Shown: positions 8,006 to 18,282 of the stretch, in pieces
Layout of the letters: each line of letters opens with the position of its first letter
How positions within the stretch are numbered: the first letter of the stretch is position 1
Assembly (NCBI GenBank): GCA_041659325.1
Contig: JBAZYN010000002.1
Location: 64,513 to 128,512 of the forward strand
DNA length: 64,000 nt
DNA from: Candidatus Shapirobacteria bacterium
Lineage (GTDB): Bacteria > Patescibacteriota > Microgenomatia > UBA12405
Reading direction: 5' to 3'
Notes under the pieces: model-generated
Seen by the model: only the letters and a program-made list of their open reading frames with translations
Told to the model about the DNA's origin: nothing
The model's database searches: none
Position numbers and translations under genes: made by a program

Positions 8006-10453
8006 ATGGAACAACCCAAATTTACTCAACTGGCGGCCGAGACACTGCAGCGGGCAGTGGATGAGGCCAGAGCCAGGAAGAATCCGGAAGTTGATATCCC
8101 CCACCTGAAGTGGGCACTACAAAATATTGACGGACCGGCTAAAGAAATCCTAAAAGAGAGTCAGCCGGAAGATTTGGATCGGTTACCAAAAGTTGAAGGA
8201 GGAAATGAGCCACAAATATCCCGACTGTTGCAACAAAAACTTGGTGAAGCGGTAAGAGAAAGCCAAAAACGGGGCGATAGTTTTGTCAGCCAGGAAATGC
8301 TTTTGTGGGCAGTATTTGAGGATAGTAAAATAAGACAGGAAATAGAAAATTTACGAGGAGGAAAAACAGTGGATTCAGAAAGCAAAGAACAAAGCTATAA
8401 GGCATTGGAAAAATATACGACCGACCTGACGGCGCTGGCTCGAAGTGGAAAATTGGATCCGGTAATTGGGCGAGAAGAAGAAATCAGGCGGGTGATGCAG
8501 GTGCTTTCCAGACGAACGAAAAATAACCCGGTTTTGGTGGGAGATCCGGGGGTGGGAAAGACAGCAATAGTGGAAGGACTGGCAAACCGAATCGTGAGCG
8601 GGGATGTGCCGGAGTCGCTGAAAAACAAAAAAATACTTACCTTGGAGATTTCATCCCTTTTGGCGGGAGCAAAATATCGGGGAGAATTTGAAGAGAGGCT
8701 GAAATCGGTAATTGATGAAGTGGTAAAAAGTGAGGGCAAGGTGGTCTTGTTTATCGACGAACTGCATACGATTGTGGGGGCCGGAGGGGCAGAGGGGTCG
8801 GTAGATGCAAGTAATATGCTAAAGCCGGGACTAGCGAGGGGAACCTTGAGAGTTATCGGGGCAACAACTTTGAATGAATATAGAAAATATATTGAGAAAG
8901 ACTCGGCCCTCGAGCGGAGATTTCAGCCGGTAATGGTGGGTGAGCCAAATGTGGAAAACACGATTTCGATTTTGAGAGGGTTAAAAGAAAAATATGAGAT
9001 ACACCATGGGATCAAAATTACCGATGCAGCGCTGATTGCGGCGGCAAAGCTGTCTGACCGGTATATCCGGGACAGGTTTTTGCCCGACAAGGCAATTGAT
9101 CTGGTAGATGAGTCAGCATCGGCCCTAAGAATTCAAATGGAATCTTCCCCAGTAGAAATAGACAGCCTGGAAAGAAGGGTGCGGCAACTGGAAATTGAAG
9201 CCAAAGCGCTAAAAAAAGAAAAAAGTGAAGAATGTAAACTAAGACTGGATGAAGTGGAGAAGGAAATGGCTGAAGAAAAGGAGAAATTAACAAAACTAAG
9301 ATCTCTTTGGAGCAATCAAAAAGACATTTTGAAAAAAGTACAGGATCAAAAGGAAGAGCAGGACAAACTTAAATCGGACCTGGAACAGGCGGAAAGAAAT
9401 TTGGAGCTTGATAAGGCGGCAGAAATAAAATACGGCCGGATTCCGGAGGTGCAAAAGAAGCTGGCAGAGGCAGAAAAGAAATGGCAGTCTGTCGACAAAG
9501 AGGACCGGCTGGTAAAACAGGAAGTGGATGAGGATGATATTGCCAGAGTGGTATCAAAGTGGACCGGGATACCGGCTTCGAGAATGCTTAAGTCGGAAAC
9601 CGATAAACTGAAAAATCTGGAAAAATTAATCAGGGAGCGGGTAGTTGGCCAGGATGAGGCGGTAGAAGCGGTAGCCAATGCGGTAAGAAGATCGAGGCTA
9701 CATTTGGGAGAAAGTGATAAGCCGACGGCCACCTTTTTGTTTTTGGGCCCGACAGGGGTGGGAAAAACAGAAACAGCCAAGGCGTTGGCTGAACAATTGT
9801 TCAATGACGAAAAAGCACTGGTGCGGATTGATATGTCGGAATACAGCGAAGCACACACGGTGGCAAGGCTGATTGGGTCCCCTCCCGGCTATGTGGGGTA
9901 TGAGGAAGGCGGACAATTAACGGAGGCGGTGAGAAGAAAACCGTACACAGTTGTGCTATTGGATGAGATTGAAAAGGCCAATCCCCAAATATTTAGTATC
10001 TTTTTGCAGGTTTTTGATGACGGAAGGCTGACGGACGGCAAGGGACGGACGGTTGATTTTTCCAATACAGTAATTATCATGACTTCGAATTTACCGGAAG
10101 AGATGGTGGACAAAGTTTTCAGACCTGAGTTTTTGAATAGAATTGACAGAATTATAATCTTTAACAAGCTGTCGGAAAAACAACTGGAATTGATCGTGGA
10201 AATTCAAATTGCCAACCTAATAAAAAGGTTAAAAGAGCAAAATATCGTTTTGACAGTAACAGAAAAGGGCAAAAAATATTTGGCGAAAAATGGGTATGAC
10301 CCGGTTTTTGGGGCCAGACCTTTAAAGAGGTTAATACAAAACGAGTTGGTGGACCCAATCGCCATGCTGTTACTTGACAGCGAAGAGGGAGAAAGCATGG
10401 GGGTGGTGGCCGATGAAAAGGACGGAAAGTTAAGCGTAAAATTGATGGACTAA
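8006..10453 (+). CDS. clpB: ATP-dependent chaperone ClpB
   Basis: Two AAA+ modules (GDPGVGKT, GPTGVGKT), coiled-coil M domain, KYRGEFEERLK, GYVGYEEGG. Confidence 0.97.
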   Translation: MEQPKFTQLAAETLQRAVDEARARKNPEVDIPHLKWALQNIDGPAKEILKESQPEDLDRLPKVEGGNEPQISRLLQQKLGEAVRESQKRGDSFVSQEMLLWAVFEDSKIRQEIENLRGGKTVDSESKEQSYKALEKYTTDLTALARSGKLDPVIGREEEIRRVMQVLSRRTKNNPVLVGDPGVGKTAIVEGLANRIVSGDVPESLKNKKILTLEISSLLAGAKYRGEFEERLKSVIDEVVKSEGKVVLFIDELHTIVGAGGAEGSVDASNMLKPGLARGTLRVIGATTLNEYRKYIEKDSALERRFQPVMVGEPNVENTISILRGLKEKYEIHHGIKITDAALIAAAKLSDRYIRDRFLPDKAIDLVDESASALRIQMESSPVEIDSLERRVRQLEIEAKALKKEKSEECKLRLDEVEKEMAEEKEKLTKLRSLWSNQKDILKKVQDQKEEQDKLKSDLEQAERNLELDKAAEIKYGRIPEVQKKLAEAEKKWQSVDKEDRLVKQEVDEDDIARVVSKWTGIPASRMLKSETDKLKNLEKLIRERVVGQDEAVEAVANAVRRSRLHLGESDKPTATFLFLGPTGVGKTETAKALAEQLFNDEKALVRIDMSEYSEAHTVARLIGSPPGYVGYEEGGQLTEAVRRKPYTVVLLDEIEKANPQIFSIFLQVFDDGRLTDGKGRTVDFSNTVIIMTSNLPEEMVDKVFRPEFLNRIDRIIIFNKLSEKQLELIVEIQIANLIKRLKEQNIVLTVTEKGKKYLAKNGYDPVFGARPLKRLIQNELVDPIAMLLLDSEEGESMGVVADEKDGKLSVKLMD

Positions 10454-10476
10454 GAGGTGGGGTATAATAGAGCACC

Positions 10477-10550
10477 GTACCCGTAGCTTAACTGGATAGA
10501 GCACTCCCCTCCGAAGGGAGTGATTGGAGGTTCAAATCCTCTCGGGTACA
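10477..10550 (+). tRNA. tRNA-Arg(CCG)
   Basis: GTACCCG...CGGGTAC-A; anticodon arm CTCCC-CT CCG AA-GGGAG; CCA not encoded. Confidence 0.95.
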
Positions 10551-10586
10551 CTCAAACAGTATAAAGTCTAAAAGTCTAAAAATATT

Positions 10587-11087
10587 ATGGAAGATCAAAT
10601 AACAATTATTAAAGATAACCTTTATTACGACGAGAGATCGGCGGGGGGCTTGGTCTACAAAATTGAAAACGGAAAGACTCTGTGGCTTTTGATAAAAACC
10701 ATAAGCGGGGCCAAAAAAAACGGGCAAAAAGCAATTCATAAGTTCCCAAAAGGCCATTTGCAGAGAGATGAGTTTTTAAAACAAGCGGCATTAAGAGAGG
10801 TGGAGGAAGAGGGACAGGTTAAGGCGAAAATTGTCTCGAAAATTGGCTCAAATAATTACATAATCTGGGACAAGCTCCGAAAGAAAAAAATTATAAAAAA
10901 GGTAACGTTTTTTTTGATGGAGTACGCGGGGCAAAGCAATCTCAAGCATTACGATACAGAAATGGTGCTGGATCGGGAGTGGCTACAGTATGATGATGCT
11001 TGTGAAAAATTGGCATATGATTCGGAAAAAGTTTTGCTGAAAAGAGCCAGGATAAAACTTGAGGAGTTACAGAAAAAAAGCAGGTGA
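10587..11087 (+). CDS. NUDIX hydrolase
   Basis: SAGGLV...FPKGH(x)5EFLKQAALREVEEEG Nudix box. Confidence 0.9.
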   Translation: MEDQITIIKDNLYYDERSAGGLVYKIENGKTLWLLIKTISGAKKNGQKAIHKFPKGHLQRDEFLKQAALREVEEEGQVKAKIVSKIGSNNYIIWDKLRKKKIIKKVTFFLMEYAGQSNLKHYDTEMVLDREWLQYDDACEKLAYDSEKVLLKRARIKLEELQKKSR

Positions 11088-11148
11088 GTTTGGGGGCTTT
11101 TCAATGGTATACTATGAAGTATTTTGACCAGTAATCAGGTATAAATCA

Positions 11149-11210
11149 GGAGAGGTCGGACCCTCCTTCGCTCGAACGGAGCTTCGGACGGGCGAAGTAG
11201 TGGTATCCAC
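11149..11210 (+). pseudogene. 5' fragment of tRNA-Ser interrupted by a 37-nt palindrome
   Basis: GGAGAGGTCGGA[11161-11197]TAGTGGT reproduces the first 19 nt of the tRNA at 11239. Confidence 0.7.
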
Positions 11211-11238
11211 GCCGCTGGGTCGATAAAATACAAAGTGA

Positions 11239-11326
11239 GGAGAGGTCGGATAGTGGTTCATTCCACAGACCTGGAAAGTCTGCGCTCCAAAAGGGCTCGC
11301 GGGTTCGAATCCCGCCCTCTCCGCCA
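11239..11326 (+). tRNA. tRNA-Ser(GGA)
   Basis: GGAGAGG...CCTCTCC-G-CCA; anticodon arm CAGAC-CT GGA AA-GTCTG; long variable arm. Confidence 0.96.
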
Positions 11327-11466
11327 CGTAAAATTTGCTTTGCAAATTAATGTGGCTGAGACGTGAACGTAATATTTTACGAAGTAAAATTAACGTTCTT
11401 ACGTCTCGCCTAATTAACTCAACGCTGCTGGAACGTAAATTTCGAAGAAATTGTACGTTACCGCCA
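11327..11466. repeat. palindromic tRNA-Ser trailer element, copy 2
   Basis: Same hairpin modules as 547-690; ends in CCGCCA (11461-11466), duplicating the tRNA 3' end. Confidence 0.8.
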
Positions 11467-11530
11467 ATTTAAAATCGCATTTTACCATCCTGCTTCGACG
11501 GACAAGGTCCGCTAAAAAGGTAAGTAAGCT

Positions 11531-11928
11531 ATGAAATATTCAAGCAAACAGGATTTAGAATCGATAATTGAACGGATATGTGGCGGTAAATGTACTAGAC
11601 AGGATATAAAGTTGATGCTATTTGATATCAGAGAATTTTTAGCCAAAGACAGTCCTCTGGGTGATATTGCCGATTGTATCCATTCAACAAGAAACAGGGA
11701 AATGCTTTATCCAGAATTGGAAGTCATGTAGATAATTTTCTCTCTGTAGCAATAAATTCGGGAGTTATTGTAGTTAGACCCATTTACGATCCAATTCAAC
11801 TAATAACAGAACTAACCTTGACTTTAACTAAATTGGGCTTTACATATGATGTGAACATTATTAAATCGTATACTACTACCATCATCGAATTTATTTCCGA
11901 GTTCTTGGATGATACAAAAATAGATTAA
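11531..11928 (+). pseudogene. frameshifted hypothetical gene
   Basis: Two short overlapping same-strand ORFs (11531-11731, 11674-11928) that read as one protein across a frameshift. Confidence 0.55.
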
Positions 11929-12016
11929 AAAATAATAAAGTTTTGGATTTCCAAAGATGAATTGGCAAAATTGAGTGAATTAGATTTTTTTAAAGATTTC
12001 ATTGATATAATAAGTT

Positions 12017-12796
12017 ATGGGAGTAGATGAAGAAGGTTCGGAAGTTTCTGACCCTCTGTTGTTGGTAAGAACAATGGAGGACAGTTGGGTCGACTGCGGA
12101 CGTAAAATCGACGACACGGGGTGGCAGAGAATAACAGAAATGGCACGATTAATTTACGGTGACGCTATGGCCGTTTCTGGAGTTGACACAGAAACTGCAG
12201 AAAGGTATGTTCGCATGGCTTATAGCGATAGAGACGATGTACCCAGCGAATGGTTTGGAAGTGAAGGAACAGATGACGAAAGGGTTGTAGAAGCCCAAGG
12301 AAAAATTATTTTAGCCTGTTTAGAAGAAGGAGGTAGGTATCCCCCCGAAGATAGACGACGTTTAGTACTTCAAAAAATGGCCCAAGATTTGTTTGAAAAT
12401 GATTTATTTTCGATTGGTGTAACCCCAAGTGGTAGTGAATATGTTGTCTCTTCCCCTATAAACCGAAGCGGGTTGACGGGTACGGGCGGAGAAACATGGG
12501 TTATTAGAAATATTGCCGGAAAAAATCATATTACGCCCAGCGCCAGATCAGGCATGATAGGAAGAGCATGTTTCAGCCCGGTGATTGTTGGTATTCCTGG
12601 GGCAGAAAAGAGACGTAATAGAAGTCTCCGAGGTCATTCTCCAGAAGATGTATCTTCGGGGGGGACAGGGCCTGGGATAATAATAAAATACACAGTGTAT
12701 GAACCAGAAAGATTACCCAGTTGTTCGATAGCGGTGGGAACACAAACCGATGAACGGTTAAGTCCTCTTCGATATTCTTTAAGATTCGACCAGTAG
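12017..12796 (+). CDS. hypothetical protein
   Basis: 259 aa; TATAAT 5 nt before the ATG. Confidence 0.75.
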   Translation: MGVDEEGSEVSDPLLLVRTMEDSWVDCGRKIDDTGWQRITEMARLIYGDAMAVSGVDTETAERYVRMAYSDRDDVPSEWFGSEGTDDERVVEAQGKIILACLEEGGRYPPEDRRRLVLQKMAQDLFENDLFSIGVTPSGSEYVVSSPINRSGLTGTGGETWVIRNIAGKNHITPSARSGMIGRACFSPVIVGIPGAEKRRNRSLRGHSPEDVSSGGTGPGIIIKYTVYEPERLPSCSIAVGTQTDERLSPLRYSLRFDQ

Positions 12797-12854
12797 AAAA
12801 ATTTTCAAACGCACACCGCTTAATTTTTCTAATGTTACAATACCGATATCTACT

Positions 12855-14150
12855 ATGAGTTCTAAAGATCGACTTTTAATTGGGCAAGGTCCCGGACATC
12901 AAGACCAGCTTATCTCTATTACTGACCGACTCAGAGCAAGCATGACTAATGAAGAAGTTGTCTTTAGCCCGGCTTCTCAGGAGGTGATCAATAGTTTTGC
13001 CCAAGCGAATCAACAGCGTTTTCCTTCTATCTTAGATACTTGTATTGAAGCCTATGAGGCGTCTCTGGGAAGCCAACCTCCCGGGCATGAAAAATCCCAT
13101 ATTGTTGAAAATTTGAACCTAGCCCTCCAGATTTTTGGTCAATACCGCACCTCCGGAAATCCACTCACTAAAGTTGAAGAGTTAGAAGTCGCTCTGGCTA
13201 TCATCGGACATGATTTAGGTAGATACGCCGAACCATCTTTACCTAAAATTAACGAGAAGGATTTGGAAATACTCGGACCAATTTTTCTTGGTAGAAAATT
13301 TCTTCGCGACTTAAATATCCCGGATGAACTCGGCAATCGCATTCTTTATGATATAGCCTCTGCCTCAAATCCAAGGACTGAGCACCGCACAGCAAATATT
13401 GTCCATAGGTGTGATCGCATCCAGCTAGGTGGAGCTGTGATGATTCCTCGTCTGGTCGGACTTGGTATTGGTGAACTCGGGCCGGAAGGCTGTGATTTTA
13501 TCGTGCATCCACCAGAAGTGGCCGGGCAATTTCGGGATAATCTGCCTCATATTTACAAAGAGAGAACCTTGGCGTTACTTACTCGGTTGGAATTTTGGAT
13601 GAGAAATGTTTATCCACCTACTCGCCCGGAGGAATCTGTTAACGATGATCGAAGGAAACTAGAGACCGCCGTTCTGTTAATGCTTGGAATGCATGGCATG
13701 GATGATGTGTACAAAGAAGTATTTGCCCCGGAACTTGGCCTTGTTTCCGATCCTAAGCCATTTAAAAGACCTATTGATCCTGAATTATTCAAAGCGGCCA
13801 GGGAAGAACATACCGCCTTTATATCCCAGGTTAATCTTTCTTCTTATAGTGACCAAGGTTCATTAGAACTGGCTACGAGATTAATGGAAACCGAAAATGT
13901 CACTATTTTACCGGATTTCGCTGATCACTTTCGGGAGCGGTTGGAAAAAAGTTCTCCTGAAACTAACCGTAATCGTTGGTTGGTTATGCTTTACTCCCTT
14001 GAGACTCGACACCAAAAAAGGTTGGCTGATATTTCTCGTCTTCAACATAAGGAACAAGGGGGGGCTTTGGACCCTCTCGAGTCTTGGATCAGAGCAGAAC
14101 TCGTCGACCGAGAAGAAAAGTATTCTGCTATTTTCGAACCTTCAACTTAG
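12855..14150 (+). CDS. HD-domain protein
   Basis: GHEKSHIVE...IIGHDLGR...HRCDR pattern. Confidence 0.6.
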   Translation: MSSKDRLLIGQGPGHQDQLISITDRLRASMTNEEVVFSPASQEVINSFAQANQQRFPSILDTCIEAYEASLGSQPPGHEKSHIVENLNLALQIFGQYRTSGNPLTKVEELEVALAIIGHDLGRYAEPSLPKINEKDLEILGPIFLGRKFLRDLNIPDELGNRILYDIASASNPRTEHRTANIVHRCDRIQLGGAVMIPRLVGLGIGELGPEGCDFIVHPPEVAGQFRDNLPHIYKERTLALLTRLEFWMRNVYPPTRPEESVNDDRRKLETAVLLMLGMHGMDDVYKEVFAPELGLVSDPKPFKRPIDPELFKAAREEHTAFISQVNLSSYSDQGSLELATRLMETENVTILPDFADHFRERLEKSSPETNRNRWLVMLYSLETRHQKRLADISRLQHKEQGGALDPLESWIRAELVDREEKYSAIFEPST

Positions 14151-14201
14151 TAGTTGCCAACTATCCAAGGTTGTGAATTTAGGTGCCAAACGGCTTTGAG
14201 T

Positions 14202-14265
14202 CATAAAACAGGTTCTAACTGCGTGGTTCGATAAACTCATCATTATAATCAACAGTTCGCCGCCA
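14202..14265 (+). repeat. cassette-boundary repeat 1 (25-nt insert; ends CCGCCA)
   Basis: cataaaacaggttctaactgcgt-ggttcgataaactcatcattataat-caacagttcgccgcca. Confidence 0.85.
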
Positions 14266-14324
14266 AATTTCTATTTCCCCTTGTTGTTCCGTGTACCATA
14301 GGTTTCATGGTGGCGTATCAATGA

Positions 14325-14461
14325 ATGGCACTCGAAGCTGGTAACAAACTTTCATTGGCTACATCGAGAAAGGTGACCGAAACCCTTCGGCCTAAACAGC
14401 GGCCAAAGTAGCCAAGGTTTTGGTAGTGTCAGAAGAGGAAGTATTTAAGTCGATCATATAG
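14325..14461 (+). pseudogene. degraded XRE-family HTH regulator
   Basis: Frame from 14351 reads FIGYIEKGDRNPSA*TAAKVAKVLVVSEEEVF: XRE helix motif with in-frame TAA at 14393 and a frameshifted 5' part. Confidence 0.7.
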
Positions 14462-14576
14462 AGGCTCCTAACTATGGGGTATCCTCTACTCAATCGTCGT
14501 GATGTACTTCATTATATTGTTAATTATTCTGTAGTTCCGTATAATCTGATTGCTACCATATAGGGTAGCTTTTTTT

Positions 14577-17558
14577 ATGCCAAAATCATTTGACGATTTA
14601 TTAGATAAAGACCAAATTAAAGAGAGACTGGTAACTGTGGTGGATGCGGAATTGGCTGACAAGATCTCCGAGAAGTTTTGGAGACTGGATTCTTTTGCTA
14701 ACTTGATTTCAATTCCCTTTTTTTTAAACTTTTTGGTTGATTTTCTAAAGGAAACGAGGCTAAAGGGCACATTTAGTAAATATGACTTTTACGGATATCT
14801 ACTTAGAAAAGTGTCTGGTGGCGGTGAATTTTTAGATAAATTAACACAGCTCGCTTTGGTCGTGGAACTGCACCAGGTTAATGAGTTTGACCCGACTGGA
14901 TTTAGTGGAATACTAAACGGCCTTGGAATCAATTCGGAAGATTTAGAGCGGACTGGTTTAATAGAAAAAGACAAAAGGGATGAAAAAGATGTGATCGGTT
15001 TTTGCCACCATACAATTTCCGAATTTTTAGTAGCTAACTTTTTGTTCGGACAGGACGATTTTATCGATAAGTTGGAAAAATTTGCTTTGGTTAAAGATGA
15101 TAAAAATGTATTGGCGATTGCCTTTTCTTGGTATGGGGTAATTAGGTTCTTATTAGACAGCGACAAAAGCATTGAGGTCCGAAATTGGCTGTTAAAACTG
15201 GTGGAGGGCAATAAAGAGTTGGTTGATGATGGTTTTTGTAATGCGATTACTTCTGTTGAATCTAAAGATTTATCCCAAAAAGAGAAAAAATATATTTTTG
15301 ACCTGGTTTATGATACTTATCAGGGTAAAAAGGTATGGTTGCCAATTTGGACCAGAGTCGGGTTGCCTAATTTTTGCGGAAAAGACAGCTATGAGAAGCT
15401 CAAGGTTGATGTTCAAAATGGTAGTGGAACAGAAAGTGATGTCTTGGTGAGAAAAGGAACGGCAGTAGATATAGTTGCCAGATTAATGGAAAGCAATTCC
15501 CCTCTCATCGCCGGTAGTGAAAAAGAATGGTGGAAAGAAAAGTTGGTTGACCTCGCCAACGATGGTAATGACAATGGGGTGGTCCAGAGACACGCTTTGA
15601 CAGCGTTGGCAACTTATCATGACGTGGGTCTCATACCAAGACTGGGGAGATGTCTTAGCCACAAGGATAACCTGGTGAGGGAGGCGTTTATTCAATTTTG
15701 CTCGGAGACTAATCCTAACGATGAGACAACAATCAATCTGTTAGTGAAGGGAATTGTAGAGAAAGGAACGGATATTTACTCGCGACACGGATTTTACCAA
15801 ATTACATCAAAAGAAGGGGTAAAAGTATTTTTAAAACACCTGGTTAATAGTTCTCATTTCCTGAAAAAGTTCCTAGATAAGGAAAGTATTTTTAATAGTA
15901 AAGACAAAAACTCAGATGAGGTTATTGTTAAAAGAATCGAAGAGTTTACAGATACCGAGATTATTGGGCAACTTAAGCAAATTATTAAAAACTCCTTTGA
16001 ACAGGGTGAAATATATGATCAGGGACGGTCATATTTTCTCAAGAGACTAGCTTTAGTTACAGGAATAAATTACCCAGAGTATATTTTTGAACTGATTGAA
16101 AGGATTAGGGAAAGTGACGGGGATAAATGGGGATTAGCATACGATTATAGTGATCTTTTTTCTTGGCTGATAACCACAGAAAATGTAACGGAATTTTATA
16201 AACGGCTTAGTGGTATCAATGAACGTTGTAAAAGGCTCGCAGAAAAGGTGATATATGGCACTAGGTACGGAGACGAGGCTGTCTATAAGACAGCTGTCAA
16301 AAATAGACTGGTAACTAAGATAGAGGACCTTGAGGATCATGTACAGAACCGTGACAGAGATGGAGAAATTCTTAAAGAATTTCGACAGTTTTTGGGGACC
16401 GATAGTGACAAAAAATATTTTCCGTCAGTATTTGAGTATTTTGTCCAAAACCAGAAACTGATCACATCGAAATGGACGAAGCAAGAAAAGGAACGATTAA
16501 AAAAATTGGTAATAAATGAAGGGCTTGAGAAGATTGATCCTAAAAATATTGTAGTAAAAATTCAAAAGAGTGAAGGCGGTAGGGCTAATCAGTACAATAT
16601 TTCAAGAGTGGCGTCATATTTTGGAGACGTGGTAAGGACAGCAATAGTATTAGGATTAAACCTTAATAAATACAGACAAAAGATTATCAACTTTATCCCA
16701 TTTGCCTATTCCGACGATAGGCAGGCAATAAGTGAAGTTGTTGATCAAATAGAAGATAAAGATTTGGCGTGGGTCAACCAAGCCTATGCTGATAAAACTG
16801 GCGATATTAGGTATTTTTTACCGGACTCATATATATATTTAGTTCGAGACTATCGGGAGAAAGGTTGCGAACTTGGTTCAGCAAAAGAGATACTATTGTC
16901 TTTTGCTATAGACGGTGGATTGAGCAACCAGGACAGAAGGTATGCGGTTGAAACACTAGGGGAAATGGTGGACCAAAGTGATTTAGAGATCAAGGATGAA
17001 CTCGAAAAGGATTTAGGGTCAGAAGAAGTTAATAAAGTAGCAATGGATGTATTAATTGCAGTATTTAAAGATGATAGAGCGATAAAAGAAAGAATCGGAC
17101 AGATTAAGGCATGGTCAACAGAAGCAGAAAAATACGCAGTACCAGAATCGGGGGTTTGTCATTCAGTGTCTTCTGTTGAAGAAGAAATGGATGGAATGTC
17201 TTTAGCACAACCACTAATGAAAATGGGTGACGATCGGTACAAAAATGAATTTATCGGTCTTTTAAATTATTCAGTTGAAATATTAAAAGATGATGAGAAA
17301 AAGGAAGTTTTGTGGACCTATGTGAATTACTTATGGAGAACCGTTATTGGATATTTTAACGGATTAGAGAACAAAAACTTTGAGATTATCGGGGAATTGG
17401 AGGACTGGTTAGTCAAAAACAGAGACGTTGATAAGGTTAACTGGTTCGAAGGGAGATTGGTCACACTAAAGCAGTCCTACATAGAAGAAAGTAGTAAAAA
17501 AACCACTAGTAAAGCATTACGAATTATCACAGAAATATATGGCCATATTCATGACTGA
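14577..17558 (+). CDS. large NLR/NACHT-like protein with helical, winged-helix and HEAT-like regions but no visible P-loop
   Basis: LISIPFFL and FCHHTISEFLVA motifs typical of the region after a NACHT NTPase; HEAT-like VQRHALTAL/LVREAF; no Walker A found. Confidence 0.55.
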   Translation: MPKSFDDLLDKDQIKERLVTVVDAELADKISEKFWRLDSFANLISIPFFLNFLVDFLKETRLKGTFSKYDFYGYLLRKVSGGGEFLDKLTQLALVVELHQVNEFDPTGFSGILNGLGINSEDLERTGLIEKDKRDEKDVIGFCHHTISEFLVANFLFGQDDFIDKLEKFALVKDDKNVLAIAFSWYGVIRFLLDSDKSIEVRNWLLKLVEGNKELVDDGFCNAITSVESKDLSQKEKKYIFDLVYDTYQGKKVWLPIWTRVGLPNFCGKDSYEKLKVDVQNGSGTESDVLVRKGTAVDIVARLMESNSPLIAGSEKEWWKEKLVDLANDGNDNGVVQRHALTALATYHDVGLIPRLGRCLSHKDNLVREAFIQFCSETNPNDETTINLLVKGIVEKGTDIYSRHGFYQITSKEGVKVFLKHLVNSSHFLKKFLDKESIFNSKDKNSDEVIVKRIEEFTDTEIIGQLKQIIKNSFEQGEIYDQGRSYFLKRLALVTGINYPEYIFELIERIRESDGDKWGLAYDYSDLFSWLITTENVTEFYKRLSGINERCKRLAEKVIYGTRYGDEAVYKTAVKNRLVTKIEDLEDHVQNRDRDGEILKEFRQFLGTDSDKKYFPSVFEYFVQNQKLITSKWTKQEKERLKKLVINEGLEKIDPKNIVVKIQKSEGGRANQYNISRVASYFGDVVRTAIVLGLNLNKYRQKIINFIPFAYSDDRQAISEVVDQIEDKDLAWVNQAYADKTGDIRYFLPDSYIYLVRDYREKGCELGSAKEILLSFAIDGGLSNQDRRYAVETLGEMVDQSDLEIKDELEKDLGSEEVNKVAMDVLIAVFKDDRAIKERIGQIKAWSTEAEKYAVPESGVCHSVSSVEEEMDGMSLAQPLMKMGDDRYKNEFIGLLNYSVEILKDDEKKEVLWTYVNYLWRTVIGYFNGLENKNFEIIGELEDWLVKNRDVDKVNWFEGRLVTLKQSYIEESSKKTTSKALRIITEIYGHIHD

Positions 17559-18270
17559 CAAAGATGGCCACAATGCTGAATTGAGGTCTGACCGAGAGTA
17601 TCAACCTTATCCTTCTACCGCCAATGAGAAGAGTATAACTGAAGAGCATGTTTTGCGAGATGACCGCCCGATTCCAACACGACCTGTATGTAGAGTGGAG
17701 AGTGTCGACGAAATTTACGGCAAGGTTGTCGCGTTCAGTACCGGACAAGGCCAGGAAAATCCATTGACTGAAAGCGATAATCAGAGTGCAGAAACTGAGA
17801 ACGATACCATCAAAGGGGAGGAAGATCGTTGTATGGAGTTTAAATCTTCCCTAAGGTGGGATTACCACCAAAGTAAAGTGAACACAGAACTTGAGCTTGA
17901 GGTTATTATAGAGATGGCCGCTTTTCTAAATACTAAAGGAGGACAGGTTATAATTGGGGTGAATGATGAAGGGTGTATTCTAGGACTTGATAACGACTTT
18001 AAAACTTTAGGAAAAAAGCAAAATAGAGATGGTTTTGGGCTTCAATTGGATAATCTTATCAGTAATTTTTTGGGTGGCGGAGTTTATCCGTACATAACGC
18101 TGGAATTCCAACAAAAGAATGAAAAAGATATTTGTATAATAAGAGCCAAAAGATGTAACCATGAAGTTTATGTAGGAAAAGATAGGGATTTTTATATTAG
18201 ACGGTTTAAATCCAAGGTGAAATTAAATAGCGAAGAAGCACATCGATATATTAATGAAAATTGGAGGTAA
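17539..18270 (+). CDS. Schlafen/AlbA_2 domain protein
   Basis: EDRCMEFKSSLRWD...AAFLNTKGGQVIIGVNDEG...FYIRR. Confidence 0.85.
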   Translation: MAIFMTDKDGHNAELRSDREYQPYPSTANEKSITEEHVLRDDRPIPTRPVCRVESVDEIYGKVVAFSTGQGQENPLTESDNQSAETENDTIKGEEDRCMEFKSSLRWDYHQSKVNTELELEVIIEMAAFLNTKGGQVIIGVNDEGCILGLDNDFKTLGKKQNRDGFGLQLDNLISNFLGGGVYPYITLEFQQKNEKDICIIRAKRCNHEVYVGKDRDFYIRRFKSKVKLNSEEAHRYINENWR

Positions 18271-18282
18271 GTACCTATCTCC

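Noticed and set aside
8161-10475. Many antisense or alternate-frame ORFs inside clpB, malic enzyme, copA, guaB, pepF and others
   Set aside because: They lie fully within confident genes and have no recognisable motifs.
14456-14478. Possible extra boundary copies (catatagaggctcctaact; also about 35079 and 35651)
   Set aside because: Too short or degenerate to distinguish from chance without a profile score.
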